A DNA stretch of 64,000 nt from the NCBI GenBank assembly GCA_051294375.1, contig CM119264.1:16589245-16653244 (forward strand), written 5' to 3'. Under the pieces are notes generated by a model that saw nothing but the letters and a program-made list of their open reading frames with translations, had not been told where the DNA came from and made no database searches. The translations under genes and the position numbers were made by a program. Source of the stretch: Paraspadella gotoi (taxonomy: Eukaryota > Animalia > Chaetognatha). Below are positions 57,547-64,000 of the stretch, one piece after another (position 1 is the first letter of the stretch; each line of letters starts with the position of its first letter).

Positions 57547-58399
57547 TGTTTTGTTTTTTTAATTGTTCTCTCCGTTTAATTTTCTTTTTGTTTCCTTTTT
57601 GTTTGAAAATTTTCGTTTAGTTTTCTTTTTTTGTACTTATTCTCCCTCTAATGTTTTCTTTCCAATATGAACTCTTTTCCTAACTAAATTATTTTTAAAC
57701 TTATAGCACAATTTTCTAGTCATTGAATTAATTTTTATTCTCCTAAATTTAAGTTTTTTTAGGTCTAGAATTAATAATCACCGAGGAAGGGAATTGCAGA
57801 AGTTTTTATTTGATTCTGTTTTCAGTATTGAAATGATTAGGTATGGGAAAGTTATAAGTTATAAGTTATAAGTGCGCGAATAAAGATCCTTGTTTTCTAT
57901 CCTTCTAAAAGGTCCGGAAGACATGTCTAAAGCATTTGAACAGTTTTTTTCACAATCCAGAAGGGTGTTAAGTAAATGCCTAAAATGCTGAATTTATACT
58001 GCACGGCAAAGTATTCCCTTTTCTAAATACCTTATTTCCCCACATGTTGACAAAAACATCACCAGTATTAAGAAGAAACATTTCTGTATGAAAAAGTCAT
58101 CGGTAATACTTTTTAGTTTTTCAGATGGTCTGAACAAAATTGAGTTACCCAAATTTCTACTTGAGTCTTTAAGAATCCCCATTTATTTCTATTTTTTGCC
58201 ATCCCCTTCCACAAGGGAGCTGCATAGTAGCAAAAATAAAACAAAAAACTATCCATTAAACTGCCACTATTTCTGCATATAATTTTTTATGAACGAATAC
58301 TGTAACTTGCCTGTCGCGCATGTCAACAGTCGGTGAAATCATTAATTTTAATTTTAATTTTAATTCTCGAACACTTTCGTTCTCTTTCTTTGCCAAATA

Positions 58400-58441
58400 C
58401 ATCGAGTTTTCGTCGTCCCTGTCCCCATCGCGCTGGAAGTG

Positions 58442-58473
<32 letters not shown>

Positions 58474-59011
58474 AGAGAGACGAGATGAAGAGAGAGAGAG
58501 AGAGATGAGAGTGAGAGAGAGAGAGACTCATCATATTCATACATCAAGTGGTTTTGTACGTCCCTGTTCCTCATCGCGCATGAAGTGGAGAGAGAGAAAG
58601 AGAAAGAGTAGAGAGAGAGAGAGAGAGTAGAGGAGAGAGAAGAAGAGAGACTCGTCATTTTCATAGCATTCTAGTTTTCGTCGTCGACACTGTCACCCTC
58701 ATCGTGGCGCTGGATCAGTGGAGGAAGGAAAAAGAGAGAGAGGAGAGGAGAGAGAGAGCGAGAGGAGAGAGAGAGAGAGCAGAGAGAGAAACTATCGTCA
58801 TTTTTCATACCTATCGAGTTTTTGTCGTCCTGTCCTCCCATGCTCGCGCCTGGAAGTGGAGGAGAGAAAAAAGAGAGAGAGAAGAAGAGAGAGAGAGAAG
58901 AGAGAGAGAGAGAGGAGAGAGAGAAGAGAGAGAGAGAGACGCGATTTTCATTCATCGAAGTTTTCGTCGTCCCTGTCGACGCCTCGCGACTGAATTGGAG
59001 AGAGAGAGGAG

Positions 59012-59048
<37 letters not shown>

Positions 59049-59075
59049 GAGAGAGACGTAGAGAGAGAGAAGAGA
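58400..59075. repeat. Five ~140-bp tandem units, each a conserved head plus a (GA)n tract
   Basis: atcgagttttcgtcgtccctgtc...cgcgctggaagtggagag recurs near 58401, 58543, 58672, 58814 and 58954. Confidence 0.85.
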
Positions 59076-59895
59076 CTGCGTCAATATTTCGATAAAGACC
59101 CCAGTCACAATTTTGAAAAAAATATTTCGTCATAATTGTCATTTTTTCATTAGTTTTCTTTAGTTTCCTTTCCTTTCCTTTCCCTTCTGCAATATCGATA
59201 TCCATCACTGCCCATTTTTCCAGATTTCCTTGCAAGTTTCGAATTTTCTCCCATTTCCCATGCGTCGACGGTGTTCCATTTCAACAATTTTTAAACCCAA
59301 CGCCGTGGCGTTTCCCTCGCCTCAAACGCCCCGTCTCTCCTCCCCCCGCCTCCCCCTTTTTCTTCCCGAGCCACCTTTTTTTTTTTCTCGGCACGCGCCA
59401 AAGATCGTCTTTTCCTTCGCTCGTAATTGGTCCATCAGACTTTCGACCTCAATCGCCAATGAAAAAGCTCACTCCGGTTGGCGAACCACCGAGAGGCCCG
59501 TCCGATCATCCTGCTCCGAATGTCCCGCGCTCAAGGAGAGAGAAAAAAACTGAGTTTCCTTGGAAAAAAAAAAAAAAAAGAGGATTCGTTCTTGGTGGCA
59601 AGGAAGGCGAAATCTTATTTAATGTAAAAGAAATAAAATGGGGGAAGGGAGTCTGAGAAAAAAATAGAAAGAAAAAAAAAACAAAAAGGGGGAAAAAAAT
59701 TGTTTTATTATTTTGGTTTTTGGTTGCTCTCCTTTCTAACCAAGGGAACAGTCCGAGCACACTGCTCGATGCAGAATCATCATCGGCAACAGCCTGTTCT
59801 TGCAATGCTGAGAGTTGGAGAGAGAGAGAGAGAGAGAAAGAGACTCGTCCTCTCCCTCATCGATTTGCTCTACGGAAACGCTCTCTCTCTCTCTT

Positions 59896-59935
<40 letters not shown>

Positions 59936-59949
59936 TCTCTCTCTCTCTC

Positions 59950-59980
<31 letters not shown>

Positions 59981-60029
59981 CTTCCCGATCCTCCCCCTCT
60001 GCGGCGGCGGCGAGTCGGCCGCAACCACC

Positions 60030-60151
60030 ATGGACCCTCCTGTGTGGTTCTTTGCCCCATTCTCCGCCGCCGCCCCGTCTCCGCCCCCACCCCCTTCTAA
60101 CTCCCCCCCACTCCATCCCGCCCATCTAACGGATTCGATCTTTAACACTTG
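60030..60151 (+). CDS. Candidate alternative first coding exon of Shaker (Pro-rich)
   Basis: Strong Kozak context accaccATGG. Reads MDPPVWFFAPFSAAAPSPPPPPSNSPPLHPAHLTDSIFNT followed by TG|gtttat (weak donor), phase 2. Confidence 0.4.
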
Positions 60152-61315
60152 GTTTATCAACGCTTAGCTGATTCTCAGTCGGAACGAAATATATAAAAAA
60201 AAGGTATTTCTCATATCAGTGATTCTTTCTTTTTCTTCTTCTACTTTTCGTTTTGTCTCCTTCTTTCCTTCTTTCTTTCTCTCTCTCTCTCTTTCTTAAG
60301 AATCCGTGTTTTCGATCAACTTTTCCAACGCGACGGATCTGCGCGCGCTTATCGGCCGTCTTGTCCCCACGTGTCGGGCGTCACGTCGTTTTCCGCGATC
60401 TCCAGGAAGTTTTTTCCTGTTCGGCCGCCCGCTTCTCCCTTCTTTGTATACATTTCGAATGTTCTTAAATGGACACCACGTGCATACGTCACTTGGATGA
60501 CGTTCCTTGACGATCCTCTCCTTGACGCTTCTCCGCCAATTTTTTGACAACATATCACGACACAAATTCTTTTGAAATGAATTGATCTTCGACTTCGTTC
60601 GTTGAACTCACTGCATTGAAATTTTTTTTCTCGGCCCTCAGTTCGAGCAGAAATCGAGAAAAAAATCAACTTTATTAAAACGTAATTAATAAGAGCTTTG
60701 TCGTAAACTAGGTAACTATATAGATAAATGAATTTTTTAAAATATTTTGATTTTATGCATATTGAAAAATATTTATTTGAATGATTTGTTTTAAATAATA
60801 AATGATCCTGACGGTTTAACAAAATGGCGCGGATCTTATCCTGATTCCCTTTCATATTTTGTGACTCCGATGACGAGTTTGTGGATGGGCAAACCTTCCG
60901 TCATCGCGGCTCAACTCTCAGCGGATTAGATTTTTAAAAAATTGTTCCAGTTTGTCACTAATGACAAATCAACGCGAGGCGGGAAATTTTCTCAAAGCTT
61001 CATGCAACGAATCCTCCGATTAAAGCGAATCCGAAGGAGGAACAAAACAGATTCTTCGTCGACGTCGTCCTATTTGTCGTCGTCGTCAGAAAGACCCGTT
61101 TCGGCGATGGAACCGCCGCGACTAAAGCTCGAATCGGGTGGGCAGAAAAGGCGCTAATGGACGGAGGGTGACGGCGCGTATCCGTTTCTTCGGAAACGGA
61201 GCGCCACGCCCTCCAACACGAAAGTTTTCGCTGTCGCCGTCGACGTATCCGAGTTTCTCAGTCTCTCTCTCTCTCTCTAATTCGGTTATAACGTCGCCGA
61301 CCGTAAAATTCCTCA

Positions 61316-61764
61316 ATGAGTTCCTTGGAAGAAACGGAGCACCTCGTCAACGACGCCTTCGAGGACGCCGACGCCGCTCACTCCGCCCACGCCGCCCATG
61401 CCTCCGACGCCGTCTTCGCGGACGTTTCCGCTGACCTTGCCTACAAAGACGCCGCCGCTGCCGTCGTTGCCGCGCGAAAACACTTGAACGCCTTCGAAAA
61501 CCCCGAAGTAGTTTCGGATGAAGGCGACGTCGGCGCCAGTCGCGGCGACGGAGCAGTTTTTAGGTTGACTTCCTATCCTTTGACTAACGCCGACCAAAAG
61601 CGCCGGCAATGGAGCCAATCGCAGCGCGATAACGACAGTAACAAAACGGGAAGTGTGGCCTCGTATCACGATGATGTCGCCATCTTGAATCCGCGCGCCG
61701 TGAGTCCGAAGGGGACCCCGACGACAGGGAAAAAAAGAGAATCGGGAAGGAGGAAGTCGGAGAG
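61316..61764 (+). CDS. Candidate alternative first coding exon of Shaker (149 codons, acidic/Ala-rich)
   Basis: MSSLEETEHLVNDAFED...ESGRRKSE followed by AG|gtttgt, phase 2. It shows a strong C-ending codon bias like the other real exons. Confidence 0.6.
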
Positions 61765-61786
61765 GTTTGTGTTCTGAAATAAATAA

Positions 61787-61862
<76 letters not shown>

Positions 61863-62211
61863 TAATTTTTTCCGACAACCGCTTCGGCAGCAGCTTCCAC
61901 GTCCGTATACGTAGAGCCTATACTATAGGGAAGGAGAATTATAGTAGGTGCGAAGAGGTCGCTCTGATTCAGATGACACTTAACAATTTTCACTTTATAA
62001 TTAACAAATAATGAAACTCATCTACATAAAACTCATTTTCAGGAACCCTGTTGAAAACTGATGGATTAATGTAAATAAAACAAGCAATCCTACCGCTGGT
62101 CTTATGATAGGCTTTGGTGCTTTTGCTGTGGCCGTTTTGGGTCGCATGATATCATATGCAGTCCTACTTAATTATTATTATATTGTATATACTTTCGTCT
62201 CATTTATTCTA

Positions 62212-62331
<120 letters not shown>

Positions 62332-63230
62332 TGGGCATCTGACAGAGCAAGCGACAGTTAATCCCATATCTTTATCTCTTTCCTTTCTTGTTGTACTCTT
62401 CAACCTTGGCGTTTTTTCTTTCCTCCGACGATCCAAGGACATCATGGAAAGGAAGGATCGAAATTTTAATAAAATAAGAACACAAATAACACAACTCAAA
62501 CCCAAAAAAAACAATATTAGTTTAACAAAAATTAATGTTGTTAGGCAATTCATAGACTAGTAATGAATGATATGAAATTAATTGGTTTTTTAAAGTAAGT
62601 TAGTTTGTAAAACCGAGAGAGTTTAAACTCAATCCCAAAACGGTTTCGAATAAATTTGAAATGGATGTAAACTGGTTTAAATTTCTGAAATTGGTTTTTG
62701 AAATTTCATTTCTGTACCGACATCGTTTTTTCCCATGGGCCGCCTATGGGCAGGGCGCTTCATTAGACATTAAAATGGAGAGCAGCAGAGGGAAAAAGAA
62801 GGAAGATTTCGTGTGGTTGGGGTTTGGAAAGATTTTTTTTTTAATGCCTATTCTTTGTTGAAGAACCTTTAAGTTTCCATTTTTCCTCATTACAGATAGT
62901 TTAATGTATATATTATTTTTACTGGGGTTATTTCATTTTTAAACTGGCCTAAGCCTTATGTTTACATTTCCTTCCTACCCGAGAAGTCACAAAACAACGA
63001 TAAACGTTGATTGTGTACATTGTTTTAAAACGAAAAGGGGTCTCCTCCGGATAACTTTAAACTAATATAATATTAAAAATTTGTACTTTTAATCGTATGA
63101 ACAAAAAAATTCACTGAGAACCAATAAGGGATCTCGAAAACATAAGAGAATTTAGATTGAACGCTGATTCGGTCGATAATGACCTCTGTGCTTTCAGCGG
63201 TTTTGCAGCGGGACAAAATTCTAAGCGAAC

Positions 63231-63340
63231 ATGCAACCCGGTCTCTCATGCTGCAACTGGGATGGATTAAACCCGGTGGAAAGGAACCCGGATCAAAGCG
63301 GCTTGAGACGTTGTGCGTCCGATGATGGATGGACGACCGG
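63231..63340 (+). CDS. Candidate proximal alternative first coding exon of Shaker
   Basis: MQPGLSCCNWDGLNPVERNPDQSGLRRCASDDGWTT followed by GG|gtactt, phase 2. An acceptor (ctttcag at 63197) and an in-frame TAA lie upstream. Confidence 0.5.
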
Positions 63341-63716
63341 GTACTTTCGTAGTGCCTTTTTCGTACGGCGGAAGAGAGAGTAGTAAGGGAAAGGAATATT
63401 TTTGCGTATGTTTCAAAAAAAAAATGCTACGTTAGGGGCAGGGACAGCTTGGAAAAATAGATTTAAACCCATGGATGCGTGTTTAGACTTAAGTTTCTAT
63501 GCATATGAATGCATTGGAGTAACTCTCTCAATGAGAGTCTCATTTTACATTAATATACTTCAAATACAGTAAACCAAAGTATATCAAAATCGCATAAAGG
63601 TTGTATTATCGGTTGTATTATCTCTCAATGTATTCTTTCCCTCACCCCACCCGTTTCCACCCTTCCTCCGGAACCTTATTTTCCCCTCCCTCCCCGGACC
63701 CCCCCCTGCTTATCAG

Positions 63717-64000
63717 GTCGTTTCCGAAAAACCTTTCCACGACGGAATCTCCCCGCATCGAGGAACAGGCGGAACCCACGGAAGGTCAGGTGGGATCGCC
63801 GTCGGACCTGGACGCCCCCGATCCTTCGGAACGCATCGTCATCAACATTTCCGGGATGCGGTTCGAGACGCAATTGAAAACGCTTCAGCAGTTCCCCGAC
63901 TCGCTGCTGGGCGACCCGGCGAAGCGGGTCAAGTACTACGACCCGCTCCGCAACGAGTACTACTTCGACCGGAACCGGCCGTCCTTCGACGCCATCCTCT
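63717..64000 (+). CDS. Sh: Shaker/Kv1 voltage-gated potassium channel, common exon with T1 domain (continues beyond window)
   Basis: After a long polypyrimidine tract and ag, one base is followed by [10 protein letters not shown]...[57 protein letters not shown], the Kv1 T1 signature. It is absent from the ORF track because it runs off the window. Confidence 0.97.

Noticed and set aside
58400-59075. CRISPR-like array
   Set aside because: The context is eukaryotic, the repeats are diverged, the spacers are microsatellites and no cas genes are present.
61700-61705. Perfect gtgagt donor as the join to the Kv exon
   Set aside because: It is phase 0, whereas the Kv exon needs phase 2.

Overview
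This is AT-rich animal (probably invertebrate bilaterian) genomic DNA with spliceosomal introns, very abundant (GA)n/(CT)n microsatellites and four assembly gaps. Nothing prokaryotic (operons, CRISPR) is present. Gene models were built by hand from splice sites, phase matching and remembered family motifs; no database search was run. From left to right the genes are: the 5' part of a minus-strand secreted precursor with a myostatin/GDF11-like CxxC motif; an ARHGAP39-like MyTH4-RhoGAP with an apparent +1 frameshift; a small orphan minus-strand gene; a 6-exon D1-like/invertebrate-type dopamine receptor with a huge repeat-bearing third loop; an intronless orphan with a myristoylation motif; TEX52; and the start of a Shaker/Kv1 channel. 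Between them lie many non-autonomous transposons (piggyBac-, Kolobok-, Tc1- and Helentron-like elements, LINE 3' ends, SINE heads) and a small repeat family carrying hammerhead-ribozyme motifs. The main finding is that the ~22 kb upstream of the Kv1 T1 exon holds a series of ATG-initiated exons. Each ends in a phase-2 donor that fits the single phase-2 acceptor of the common exon. This suggests an array of swappable N-termini, two of which resemble inactivation balls.
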